Below are positions 24,036-37,956 of a DNA stretch of 64,000 nucleotides, one piece after another. The notes below the pieces were generated by a model that saw nothing but the letters and a program-made list of their open reading frames with translations, searched no databases and had not been told where the DNA came from. How positions within the stretch are numbered: position 1 is the stretch's first letter; each line of letters begins with the position of its first letter. Origin of the DNA: Octopus bimaculoides (taxonomy: Eukaryota); assembly GCF_001194135.2 (NCBI RefSeq), contig NC_068990.1:38331991-38395990 (forward strand), in the 5' to 3' direction. The position numbers and the translations under genes are program-made.

Positions 24036-25514
24036 TGTTCCCACACTCACACACGCACATATACACACACTCACACACATACACACATCTAACACAAATA
24101 TTTGTTACCGTATGTATTTGAACACCGTATAGGTTTGCTTAAATTTAGATATATTTCCATTACCTAAGGTTTCCACCAAGAATGTCTGATTTGTTTAGCG
24201 TTCATTTCAAGATAAGAATTCTTTAAATTGCTTGATTGCTGGATTATTTTCAAACTCAAAGTTATTAATTTATGTGGAGTAAGATCTGATAGCCTTTAGC
24301 TTTGTATACTCAAAGATTTGCGAGAAACATCGTTTTTCTCTCCCATCATAGTTGAACACCATTGCTTTTATACCTCCTTTAAAATATCATGATTTTTTCT
24401 ATCACTTTTAAGAAAACAATGAATTTATTGTATGGAGTGAGTATAGGACTAAGAAAATACGTAATTGTTCCAGCTCTTTATAAGGTGAACTCATATTTGT
24501 ATGGGGGTCAACTTTGTTTCGATTCCTCTGGGGTGTAACACACAAATGCTAATATTGACCTAATCTATTAACCACTTTCCTGCCAATTATGTAATCTGTG
24601 CCATACTAGAAATTAACATTAATTACTTAGACCCCTTTTGTGTGAGAAGCGTTTAAGCACATCGCAAGAGCGACGCTTTTCATGATTTGCGATAAAGGCT
24701 AACCTCATTTCAAAGTTGGGCATTGCCTTTCATTCTTTTGAGACTGGACGAAACAATTTAAGTTTTGTAGTTCAGATTATTGACTGTTATACTTACAAAG
24801 CTCGTGTCAAAGTAGATAGATAAGGCATCATTAATGCTGTTATTATTGTTGTGCAGCTGCCCCATGTGAGTCCTGGTTGAACAGATTCATGTGCAAACTT
24901 GCATCTACCGTAAGTATCAAATTACTGTTTTTGTATATCCGTGACTACTTCCTCCTTCACACACGCACATACACACACACATACACATACACATACACAC
25001 TCAGACACATACACATAATGCACACATATAATACAGTATCCTATTTATGGGAGAGAGGTTGACATTTCTAACAAGCCATGTCCGTCATAAGCATTTTGTT
25101 ATTAATAACATTTTCTGTTATTTTTCATGTAACTGGAGTTGTTGTTTCCTGAAGACCAAGTCACCATCTTATTAAGAAAGGACGCATTGGACAATGTGAT
25201 TTTTGGCTGCACTATTTCAGTCAAAAGGGGATTCATTCAGAATATCTTTGGTTGTAGGCCCTCTCTAAGATGGCGACTTTTAACTGAAGCTGAAAGATAT
25301 TTAGCAGAATATCTATCTAGCCATGATGAAGAACAGGTTGAAAATTAAAGGACTTTTAGCTGCAGTCCTTCGACATACACATGACTAGATTGAAATACTC
25401 GTCTTGTTATGATATGGGTACTGTCGTAGTTGCTATCGTCTTTGCCGATGACCCATTGTGGTTGTTATTACTCTTGCTTCGTCTATATTATTTGTACCTT
25501 CCTTCATACATTTC

Positions 25515-25517
<3 letters not shown>

Positions 25518-25601
<84 letters not shown>

Positions 25602-25995
25602 TCCACTATTGTTAATTTTGTTGTCACTGCTAACGTCGATTCTTACTTTGTTTTTGCAGTTAATTTTGTATTCTCTTTTCTTTCATTTCATTACTTTATT
25701 GGTGATGTTGTCGTTGATAATTTTGAGGTGTCGCTGCTCTTTTGTTTCATTGCCTTTTTGTGATGTTATCTGCTGTAGATTTTGCTATTATTATACTTTT
25801 TTTCTTTTTGTTTGATTTTATCCTTCTTGCTCAAGCGTTAATATATTTTTTCACTCTCATTTTGGCCCATGCTAACCATATTCATATTGTTACTATTGTT
25901 TGCCTTATATTGTTGTTGCTCTTTACGTTTATTTCATATAATTGTAGTCCTAATACTGCCTATTATTATTATTACTATTATTGTTACTGTTGTTG

Positions 25996-26065
<70 letters not shown>

Positions 26066-26066
26066 C
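25518..26066. repeat. Two (ATT)n microsatellites embedded in degenerate TT-rich triplet sequence
   Basis: Pure runs at ~25518-25600 and ~25960-26066. Confidence 0.93.
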
Positions 26067-27092
26067 ACTGACGGTCATACAGGCATTGCATATTTTATTG
26101 TTGCAGATATAGTAATACTTGCTAAAGTTGTTGTTGTAATTGGTGTTTTCATTTCATTTCAATATATAAAATATCATTTCTCATTTTAGTTCTACCATAA
26201 AGCAAAAAAAAAAAGTCAAACAAGTATCAATATATATAAAGAAAAAAAGAAACCAACAAAGTGTAATAGAATAAAAACAAGAGAATCAAATATGGTCAAG
26301 AAATAAAAACAAAGTAACAGATGGAAAGTAATAAAACTACGTAAGGATATTTCTGTCAATTGGTACGTGTAGGTACGTATATATATATATATATATATAT
26401 GAACGCGTGTGTATATGTGTATGCATTCATGTTTTATGTATGTGATTTGTAGGTAGGTATGTATGCAAGTATATGCAAAGTACGAATGAATATGCATATT
26501 TATTTCGTATAAGTACGTGCGTATGAGCCTGTATGGATATACACAGATATCTATACAAATGTACGCCTATAATTTTTTCTGCTTCATTCCATTTTCTTTC
26601 TTTAATTTCACATACACATGCACACTAAGATTCACAAGCACCTTCATGCATGTATACATACATGTAGTCGTATACACATGCACACACACATGCGTTTCTG
26701 CATCTAAATCCGTGTTTGTCTTGCGTATGTATATGTGTGTGTGTGTGTGTGTGAGTGTGTGTATTTATGTTTTTATATATGTGTCTATGTGTATGTGTGT
26801 TTGCATATGTACAGAAGGCTATACGATATGATGGAAGTCAAAACATTACAAGTTGTTACTCAGAGCATCTAGTTGCCTATTATGAAAAATATAATCCGAA
26901 ATTATCGTATATAAATGTACAATGACAGTATGAGAGCGCATATGTACATACTTGTGCATGTTTTTATCTGTATGTATGTGAGTGTGTGAGTGTGTGAGTT
27001 TGTGTGCATGTCAGGTGTGAATATATATCAATAAAAAATATTCATATACATTAGTATCACATATGCGGCATTGTTACAAAAATACATACAAA

Positions 27093-27214
<122 letters not shown>

Positions 27215-27721
27215 NNNNNNNNNNNNNNNNNNNNNNNNNNNNNNNNNNNNNNNNNNNNNNNNNNNNNNNNNNNNNNNNNNNNNNNNNNNNNNNNNNNNNN
27301 NNNNNNNNNNNNNNNNNNNNNNNNNNNNNNNNNNNNNNNNNNNNNNNNNNNNNNNNNNNNNNNNNNNNNNNNNNNNNNNNNNNNNNNNNNNNNNNNNNNN
27401 NNNNNNNNNNNNNNNNNNNNNNNNNNNNNNNNNNNNNNNNNNNNNNNNNNNNNNNNNNNNNNNNNNNNNNNNNNNNNNNNNNNNNNNNNNNNNNNNNNNN
27501 NNNNNNNNNNNNNNNNNNNNNNNNNNNNNNNNNNNNNNNNNNNNNNNNNNNNNNNNNNNNNNNNNNNNNNNNNNNNNNNNNNNNNNNNNNNNNNNNNNNN
27601 NNNNNNNNNNNNNNNNNNNNNNNNNNNNNNNNNNNNNNNNNNNNNNNNNNNNNNNNNNNNNNNNNNNNNNNNNNNNNNNNNNNNATATATATATATACAC
27701 GCACGCATGCACACACACATG

Positions 27722-27754
<33 letters not shown>

Positions 27755-29785
27755 GAATGTATGCTGTTTTATATATACATAAATTTATGTTCAATGTGTG
27801 TGTAAGTGTGTATGTTTATGATTATATGTATGAATATCTATCTGTGTAAAAACGTTTTAGTGTGTGTGTTTCTACGTGTGCATGCACATAAACAAACACA
27901 AACACGTAAATTTATATGCGTTGGAATGTATGTTGGGGAAGGAAGTTGAAACAAAAGAAGTTGATGAAATACGAAGAAACAATTTCACAATTCACGAGAT
28001 TTTCAATCTATATCACGGTGGACAGTGTCCATTTGTTATAGAGCAACGGTCACCTATTGCTTATAACATTGTCAATATTTTACATTCTTTCACATTAAGC
28101 TCGCATGATTGTTTTTCCTTTCTCGCAGCCATTTTCTTGGGATTCGGCACTGTGTTTGTAGCTGAGATAATGATGATGTTGATGATGTTATTGTCGGTGC
28201 TGTTGGTGGTGTTTGCATCGATGATGGAGATTTTGATTGTGTTTGTGGACGTGGTCATGATGTTGTTGTTGTTGTTGATGATGATGACAATGATGATATT
28301 GGATAGTTATGAAAAAGAATTGATAACATGTTATAGGACTTATGCGTATGTCAATATATGTGTTATTGTGTATACATTTGTGTCAATGAATATTTGCATT
28401 TGTGTTGAGCGAACATTGTGTATATTTGTGCGTGTATATATATGAATAAATACATCTTCATATATGTACCCCCTTTATATAAATATACTCGTGGGTGTAT
28501 ATATATATATATATATATATNNNNNNNNNNNNNNNNNNNNNNNNNNNNNNNNNNNNNNNNNNNNNNNNNNNNNNNNNNNNNNNNNNNNNNNNNNNNNNNN
28601 NNNNNNNNNNNNNNNNNNNNNNNNNNNNNNNNNNNNNNTATATATATACTTATATATATACATGTACCTATGGATATATGTGTGTGCCTGAGTGTGTGTG
28701 TGCGCGCATGTATCGGTGTGTGCCTGTGTGTATAATTGTTAAATTCTATTTGTGAGGGACTAACTGTCATTTTGTACGTGTACAGATATATTTTTATTTT
28801 CCGCCGAGCGATAATCTCTATTCATATGCTGAATTTTCACTTGATTTCTTTTTTTTTTTTATTTAACTTATGTAGCTATAATTTATTTCTACGAAATACT
28901 TTTTCTTATTCATCACAGGTTCGCATTACACGACCACATCTTCGTGTTCGTATTGTTTTATATGTTATTTATTTCATTTGCAGAGTTCAGATGATACTTT
29001 TTCGAAATACGGTAATACTATATTTTTAGTACTTCAGTTTCAAAAATGTGTTGCTTTGTATTTGTTAGCATAAGCTTAACTGACGCTACTCATTCGAATG
29101 GTATCTCAGAGAGAAATGACCTTCAATGTTTTACTACCCTCATTATTTGTGTTTGTTCATGCTTAAGCTTTTCCCACCAATAGAGTAAATGATTCATCAT
29201 TACAACGTAAAATATTGTACAGCATGTGCCGCTGATGGCACCTAAAAATACCAAAACCGCATTTAGCAAAATGGATAGGATAATATTTGTGATTGAGCTT
29301 ATGTTGTCTTCTCCTCACTGAAAACATATTTCTAAAACGATTTTTATTGGACTTTATATCAAATGTGATTGCATTACCTGACTATACATTAGTAATGCGA
29401 TGAATATCAAAGTGAGCTATTTCTGGAATTTGAGAGATTTTTTTTCAGTCAAACTATTGTAATTGACTGATTGGTGTGCAGTATCCATTTTATCGTATCC
29501 GCTTTCTTTCTTTATATCAACTGCACTCTTGAAGATTAGTGCTACTGTTTAGCAATTTTAAATCAACCCCTAAACCTATTAAAGTAATGAAATATATTTC
29601 GAATCGCATTATATCATTTCTAATATGACAACAGTATTGCAACAAAATATGTTGATAGATGAGAGGAAATGTTTAGTTTTTATAAAGCTTTTTTTTATGA
29701 ATATCTCAATTCTGATGATAGAAACTAGAGATTTTGATGAAATGCAGTTATTATGTTTTAAAAACCATGAAAAACTAACCATTGA

Positions 29786-29899
29786 ATGAATTTGTATTCA
29801 AAGTTACTGATACGATATATCAATATTTTTGGTGTACGTGAAGATTTTTATCTATTTTTGCTGAGGTTTGTCTGTTTTTCTGTCCATTCAAATGCCGAG
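29786..29899 (+). CDS. Speculative first coding exon with signal-peptide-like end (MNLYSKLLIRYINIFGVREDFYLFLLRFVCFSVHSNAE)
   Basis: ATG after an in-frame stop, hydrophobic stretch, consensus donor GAG|GTAAGT; no homology recognised. Confidence 0.2.
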
Positions 29900-30419
29900 G
29901 TAAGTGGGACAGACTGAGTTTCATTGCGCGTAAATGTTTACCCATATATTTACAAGGTGTCACGTGACGTTTATGACGTGTATTAAGTATGTAATATCAA
30001 ATGTGACTACATGTGATATTGCAATAAGAGACCAGGTGCAAGACATTAAGTGCAAGTCAATGTGTATTTGATTTAATCGTTTCATATCCTTCAATAATTC
30101 TTTACGTAATCAACCCCGGAGAAATAAATGTCAGGTTCAGCGTTGATGAGCTTCCAGCTCAGAGAGTAGATGGGTGCGATACAATGCTACAAAATAACTA
30201 ATTCTACTCGAAGTGCTAAGCATTTTCAAGTTATTCAAATTCACCTTACCCTAGTTAAATTATTCTAAATAACTTAGGGTACTCGTTCTGCTTTGGTTTT
30301 GCTCTTTCCTCTAATATAATATATACCAGCTATAATGGAACCCTCATACGGATCCCTAGAATCAGCATCAGCTGTGAATTTGGAACCTAACGGAGAACCA
30401 ACTATAGTATTTATCCAGC

Positions 30420-30459
<40 letters not shown>

Positions 30460-32307
30460 TAAATTGAAAATCACAAATTTTTTCCCTCCCATAAGTGAAT
30501 ACTTAAATCAGAAACAGGTAAATTTGTAACTCTTCATAGAAATTTTTCATGATATTGTCGATAGTTTTGTATTCATAATACATGCCACAAATATTATACA
30601 AACTGCGTATTACTTTCATATATTGTGTATACCAATACCAATAATCAATCTATATTACCAACATTTAGTTTGCTGCTGTTGCAGTAATTAATATATATAT
30701 TTATAACGAAACCATTACCGAATACTTCAAGATTTTAAACCTGTGGTTTTATTTAAAAACTATTTAAAAAGTGGGAAAATGACAATTTGATGAGCGATAT
30801 GCTCTATTCTGTTTCACTTGTTCAGCAACACTAGTGTCCCATGAATTATTCATCATAACTATGTTGCCTGTCTTCGAAATTGTCGGAGAATAGAATGTAG
30901 ATTTTCTCACTTATGGATGGTCAGATACATTTATCTCTGACATTAATACAGTAACTTAGGCCCTTGTGCTGGGAGGATGGATAGAGACTTACATTCCAAC
31001 GTGTTGAGCCGGATGCTTCTTAATTTATTCCAAGTTCATGCCGCACGAAATATCCAAACTTTACTCTCGTCAAGGTGCACTAACGTATCTTTGTTTACGA
31101 ATCACATCTATTTTTTAAACTTTATATTTATGGTTTTGCTAGTGTAGATCATCCAATGTTTATTCCCTTTCACTTTGATTTATAGATAAGACCTGCGAGA
31201 TTTAATTCCTTTTTCTAAGCAGAAGCATTCACTTATGGGAAGGGTTGATGCTATCCCTACAAGCCGAAGTAACATTTGTTAATTTCACAGAGCAATGGCT
31301 GCTTCGTGGTAGATATTTTAGTCAAATACTTAAGCATACCAAGTCCTCCCTTCCCAGCTAGAGATTGATAGAATCAATTTAAATTATAGCATAAGACCTC
31401 AAAGGCTGGTCAGTAAATTGACAACTTTCAGACTAGATCAGAGGAAGCAGGCTGTCTGAGCTTTCAATTCTCACTGATGATATAATTCCTCATAGAGATG
31501 ACCATCAATTTATTTATCATGCATTCACACAAACACAGATACATATATGTATACGCACACACATATGTATGAGTACATGTATATATATATTGCATATATG
31601 TATATTTGTGTGTATGTGTGTATGTAATATATATATATATATATATATATACATGCACACATTTATATGTATGTATATTAATACATATATAATGTAAAAT
31701 CACAGCAAGTGTTGGTAATTGCAGGGATTGAGGGGAGAGTAAGATCTAATATCCCATATCTTATTAGAAAGTAAAAAAGAAAAAAAAAAAATTTATGGTC
31801 CTTATTTAAAAGATAAAGATAAGAAAAAAAAACTGAGGGTGAAATGGATCACACGGGAAAAAATTGCAAAAACTAAATTCTAACAGAAAAAAAAAAGAAA
31901 AATGCCAGAAAAAAAAAGCAATAATTATAAATGAAAAAAAGTCAAAGAACTATAAACAAACAAAAATGCCATAAAACTACAATAAAAAATAGTAAACACC
32001 CACTATAGATGAAAAAGAAAACCTAACAAAACAGAACTTGTCATTTTGCCGGAGATGTCCAGTCCTAATGGTCAAAAAAGATTAAACGTTATTTGACAAG
32101 TGCTTCTTGTTAACGTCTAAGCGAGCCGAAGTTTCATCTAATGGCTCTGGCTCCTGACATGGTCTTTCATTGTAAAGTGTGATTCATATAAAATATAATA
32201 ACAACAAAAATATATACGAACATACAACTAAGCAAAAAATGGGTAAAATAATCATAAATGTAACAGCAAAAAATGAGACCGATTTTCAATGGAAACATCA
32301 TCTTTGC

Positions 32308-32342
<35 letters not shown>

Positions 32343-32591
32343 TATATANNNNNNNNNNNNNNNNNNNNNNNNNNNNNNNNNNNNNNNNNNNNNNNNNNNN
32401 NNNNNNNNNNNNNNNNNNNNNNNNNNNNNNNNNNNNNNNNNNNNNNNNNNNNNNNNNNNNNNNNNNNNNNNNNNTATATATATGAGTGTTTGTGTTTGTG
32501 CATGAGATTGTAAGTCTGTGTACGTAATTATGTGTATATGTGTATGTGTGTGAATATTTATCACTCTTTCTGTTTTCCTCTGAGTTTATAG

Positions 32592-32641
32592 GTGGACATA
32601 CATTAGGCAAATCTTCAGAGGTATTATAATCAATCAGAAAA
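32592..32641 (+). CDS. Candidate internal exon (phase 2 to 1): WTYIRQIFRGIIINQK
   Basis: Pyrimidine tract tctttctgttttcctctgagtttaTAG, open frame, donor aaa|GTAAGT. Confidence 0.35.
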
Positions 32642-34800
32642 GTAAGTGGAGAACATTCTTCATCTAAACATACACACACACATACCTACATACATATATA
32701 CATACATATATACATGCATGCATGCGTACACACATACATGTGTGCATACTAACATACATACATATATATATATATTTATTTACACATTAGGGTGAGTATA
32801 GTTACTCATATAAATATGTGCATATCTATAACTATATATCCGTATCTACCTATCTATATTTATATAGGTACACACACACATACACACACACACACACATA
32901 CGCATACACATAGATATACACAGATATACATACATACATATAGATATATCAATCTAATGCATAAGTACATATGTGAACACCCATCCAATGAAATTGTCAA
33001 TTAAATTTCTACTAGCGTCCTTTGACAACCAACATTTAATCAAAGTACAGAAGTTACAGTCTATAAGATAAATCAAAATTTTATGCATGTTTTAGACACG
33101 ATTTACAATAACTTCAAAACTATGCACACATACACACACGGTCGCTTTTGTGTGCATATATATGTGGCATCGAATTCTTGTAAGTCGAGATGCACTTTCA
33201 GTGATTGTGCCTGAGCTGGATAATCTGAATATATATATATATATGAGTGTGTGTTTGTGTGTGCGTGTGTTTGTGTGTGTGTTTGCGTTTATATGTATGT
33301 ACATATATGTGCATTTAGACATTTGTGTATGTGTGAATGTTTTTGTCTCATGATACAATTGATACCATTATGTTAGTGAAGAAATATATGATCACTAATT
33401 ATATATTAGAAAAACATATGAGCGCTACGCATCTTCTAATATGGATGTATTTCTCTTCACCAGATCTCTTCGTGGTCTCTGTCTTCCATATAATTTATAA
33501 TTTAATGAGATAAGAGGGAAGTTTCCAACTCCGTTATAATTGCTAGACTGACCACACATTTAAAACACGAAACTAAATAGATAATATTTGTACGTCTCTT
33601 TTGTAGTGCAGGTAAATAGATAAGAGAGATAAAACTAGGGCTTGATGTCCAGCTAGAAATATAGCAGAAGCATTGCGGGCGCTACTTAAAGTATAACTGT
33701 GCTTCAAGGGACTGTGTACCAACTTCAGTATTGACAAGCAGTTACAGTCCATCGTAAGTGTTCCCGCACGTTCTCAGTGTGCAAACAGTTCTGTATAGCT
33801 AAGACTCACACTTACGCTATGTTAGATTCAGTTACATCGAATCCAAAGTACCATACTTGTGATACAAACTTCTATAGAGCACAGCTGTATGGAGAAGATA
33901 TATATTTAAATGCCAAAATAAAAATGGATCATGACTACCAAGTAAACGAGAACACGCTCATATTTTCTTATACTTGTAAAAAAATCTTGAGTTTTTATAT
34001 TGTTATTGAAGATAAAACCATTGCTCAGAGAATGCATGCTGTAAAAATTCACAGATACAAACATTAATAAAGCTAAATTGAAACGGAAAAATGAAAAATG
34101 TACACAATTTAGAAAGAATGGTTAAAATTTGATAGACCAGTATCGTAAAATTTACTCTTCAAATTATAATGATGCAAAGGGGACTCTTTGTATTAGACTG
34201 GCAGGCATGAAATAAAATTAAATCCTGCGTCAAAGAACACCTCCAATAAATGCCCTAAAACAGAAATGACACAGACAAATGAAAAATCAGTTAGAGATAT
34301 ACAAAAATCTGGACTGCCACGAAAGGAGTGCCTTTAAATATTAGTTTCCTTGATTAGTGCTGGTCTGTTTCTATATAACATAATCTACATTAATTACCAG
34401 GAACACATTGAGATATTTGAGGCAGTTCATATAAAATGAAACCCGAATAAAGCAACACTACTTAGGATTTTTAAAAAAATTGCTCTCTTGTTAAAGATAT
34501 AATATAAAATTGGGTATCAACCTGGTTAATTAATGTCCACCGTTATGCTTATTCATATATATTTACCTGTTTTTCATAAATATCTAAAACATAGGTAATA
34601 CTTCTTGTCTTAACTATGTAAAATGTAATATCAAGTATACAAATGACTCGGTTGTTTCAGGGCAGGTTCAACTTCTTAGTTTAACTAAACATACATACAC
34701 AGGCATACAATATTAATCTGCTTTTAAATATGGAAATGCATCAATAACTTAATATACATGAAGCATAAATGGTGTGGAAAAAATACTCTAATTTAATCAT

Positions 34801-35310
34801 AGGTATGACTGTGTGATATGAAACTTCGTTCCCGACCATATGGTTCTGGGTTCAATCCAACTGCGTAGCACCTGCGTGGAACCTGCGTGGAACCTGCGTG
34901 GCAACTGCGTGGCAACTGCGTGGCACCTTCGTGGAAACTGCGTGGCACCTTCGTGGAAACTGCGTGGCACCTTGGGCAAATGACTTCCGCTATAGCCTCG
35001 AGCCGACCAAATCCTTGTGAGTAGATTTGGTAGACGGAAACTGAAAGTAGCTTGTCGTATATATATGCGAGCGCGTGTGTGAATGTGTGTGTGCGAGTAT
35101 ATTTTTTGTCTGTGCTTGTCCTCCCCATCCCTTGCACTGGTTCTAATGTGTTGTGCTTACGTCCCCGTAAATTAGTGGTTCAGCAAACGGAACCGATTGA
35201 ATAAGTACCAGGTTTTAAAAATAAAACCAGGGAGCAACTCATTCACAAAAAAATCTCCAAGGCGATGCGGTAGCATGGCCATAATCTAACTATTGAAACA
35301 AGTAGAAGAT
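34801..35310 (+). mobile_element. CORE-type SINE family B, full length, with internal 11-mer expansion
   Basis: Head ggtatgactgtgtgatatgaaac..., B-box gggttcaatcc, ttgggcaaat, gccgaccaaatccttgtgagtagatttggtagacggaaactgaaag, 3' gaataagtaccagg...gcatggcc. Confidence 0.88.
34861..34970. repeat. 10 x 11-bp tandem array, consensus ctgcgtggcac
   Basis: Units counted directly; variants ggaac, ggcaa and cttcgtggaaa. Confidence 0.97.
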
Positions 35311-36000
35311 ATCGGAAAAAAAGATGGAGGTTAGTTATGAGGGCTATCGTAAGATTTGAAAAGTAGTAGAAAATATCAAAACAGACCAAGTTGCTGAATA
35401 TTCCTTACATTTTACACAAAATAAATGATAACGATGACGACAATAAAACAGGTGTCGCTTTTAAAATGGAGTGAAAACTGGATGGGCAGTTATACAACAT
35501 TGCAATTGAGGTTTCTTCAAAATGGTAGTATATTCAGAGTAGCCAGACAAGATAACATGACTAACGCTGGAAATACTTCTCAATACAAAGGTACTGGATT
35601 GAGAGAAATACTAGTGTCGGGCAAAATGAGAGTTGTAATTCTTCTCAGCACTTTTCAGTTAAAATCATACCAGATTCACATTCGTTTTAACGGTTTTTTA
35701 GGTTCAATAAAATGAGTACTAGTCAAATACATACGTCGATTTAATCAGCAGTAACTTTCCAACAATGTTTTGACTGTGTCAGTAACCAGTTATATCATTT
35801 CTTATGGTAGAAAGGAAAATAATAGCGCACCGAATCAGGGTTAATATGATGTAAATTCAAATATCCCTGAGATCTCAGCTGCCATTTTTTTGTAGGTTCA
35901 GTAAAATACTAATTACATATCAAGATCGATTCCCAATGTCATATATGTGTGTGAGTGCGTGTTTATGTATGTATATATGTGTATATCTGTGTATGTGTGT

Positions 36001-36215
36001 GTCTTTGTGTCTGTGTTTGTTCCCTATCACCGCTTGACAACCGGCGTTGGGGTGTTTATGTTCCTCGTGACGTAGCGGTATGGCAAAAGACACCGATTGA
36101 ATAAGTACTAGGCTATACAAATAAAGTCTTGGGGTCAATTTGTTCGACCAAAACCCATGAAGGTGATGGTGCAGCATGGCTACAGTCGGATGACTGAAAC
36201 TAGTAAAAGCATAAA
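36001..36215 (+). mobile_element. 3' half of family B SINE
   Basis: cgcttgacaaccggcgttgg...gaataagtactaggc...ggggtcaatttgttcgacc...gcatggctacagtc...tgactgaaac. Confidence 0.85.
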
Positions 36216-37377
36216 AAATGTAAGGACACAATATATATAGAGAGAGATAGATAGATAGATGTGTGTGCGTATATATATGTGCGTGAGTGTGTGTGTATTT
36301 ATATATATATATATATATANNNNNNNNNNNNNNNNNNNNNNNNNNNNNNNNNNNNNNNNNNNNNNNNNNNNNNNNNNNNNNNNNNNNNNNNNNATATATA
36401 TATATATATATACTTCTATGGGATTTTCGAAATATTACAAATTAATCCTATCTAGTAGTTAGCTTTAGTATGAACCAGTTTCAGTCCTCCCCTGTAACTA
36501 TTTCATATTTAAAGTAAAAAAAAAAACGCTAGGAAGATAGGAAGAAAAGCCAAAATATCTTTCAATTTTTATTGCACTTCTTGTAAAACATTTTATTCAT
36601 TTAAAACATTTTACTGTCAAATAATCGATTGTATCGTAAATGTAATCGATTGACTAGAGGAAATTCTTCAAGTTGTAATGTAAAAATCACAAGTCGGAGA
36701 AAGTTTTTCAATCGAGGATAAACTGGTTATGTTAAAATGGTTATTAGATCGTCAAAAATCTATGTGTGTTGGACATATGAATGATTAGGAAATTTGTGCT
36801 AAACCCTCTGAAATATGTTTAAGCCCCATGAGAAATCTGCAAAAAGTTACAGCACTATTAACGATATTTTAGATTGTCTCAAAATATAATCTCTCTCTAT
36901 TGATGCCAACTATATAACAATATTAATTGTGAATGTAATCCATTTTGGCTTAGGAAGTAAAATGATATGGGAATACGATATATAAAAGAAAAGGAAAAAA
37001 TAACTAAATAAAAATCAAAACTAATAAACCAAATATTTTATTCCTTTTACACTGCAATCAGTAAGTATATATTATAACATACCCAAAAGACTTATAAATT
37101 ATATTAGTGAAAATACAGAGCTTTTTAGAGCCGATACAGTTATAGTTTTTCTGACTGATTTTCCTTTATTGATATTTCATTTTGAAAGTTGCATTTAAGA
37201 ATTATCAACCAATAGTTAAAGCCATGATATTATCCTTAGAAAGTATTCGCCTCCAATACGAAACATACACTTCACCACCACCCATCTCTCAGCCTCTCTC
37301 ACATTTTCTCTCAGTCTCTATCTCTCTATCACTTTCTTTCTCTACCTGTCTTGCTATATACACATATATAAACGCAT

Positions 37378-37412
<35 letters not shown>

Positions 37413-37427
37413 NNNNNNNNNNNNNNN

Positions 37428-37484
<57 letters not shown>

Positions 37485-37659
37485 CAGGAGAGAGGGGAAA
37501 GACAGGGGGAGTGAAGGAAAGAGATAGAAAGATTCCCCAAGACAGCAATTATGGTTTCTAGTTTTCGGAAACTTTTATCTCAATCAGACCTTGAAATATT
37601 CATCAGAATGATTCTGGTGTGTCTCTCTTGGGAGAGACAGATATCAATTTGAATCAAAT

Positions 37660-37810
37660 ATCAAAATAAGTTCCCTAATTTAAGCAAGGTTTTAAGATGG
37701 CTTGTTTTGATGGTTTTCTGGATACAAGAGATGAGAAATTTATGACAAATGGCATTAAGTTACCACCCTGATGTAAATTAATGGTCAATGAAGAGGGAAA
37801 TGTATGTGAA
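37660..37810 (+). pseudogene. Highly decayed mariner transposase C-terminus
   Basis: NKFPNLSKVL...FLDTRDEKFMTNGIKLPP*CKLMVNEEGNV resembles LFPxLKxxL...FYxxGIxKLPxRWxxVxxxxGxY. Confidence 0.4.
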
Positions 37811-37920
37811 CGACGTCCTGCACATAGCACGATCTGTTATATTCGGTAATGTTTCAATATCAGAAAGTTGACAAGGGCATTCAGTTTCCATATAAAAGTA
37901 ATAATATTTATCTATATATC

Positions 37921-37956
<36 letters not shown>

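Noticed and set aside
30312-30410. Exon-like stretch: MEPSYGSLESASAVNLEPNGEPT (+) or cadherin-like VGSPLGSKFTADADSRDPYEGSIIAG (-)
   Set aside because: Weak splice sites on both strands, no other cadherin motifs (DxND, PxF), and it runs into (TA)n.
32592-32620. GGHTLGK in an alternative frame (heme peroxidase signature)
   Set aside because: Seven-residue match only; the following residues do not fit and there are no other peroxidase exons.
34861-34970. Regular array as possible CRISPR
   Set aside because: Contiguous 11-bp units with no unique spacers, inside a eukaryotic SINE.
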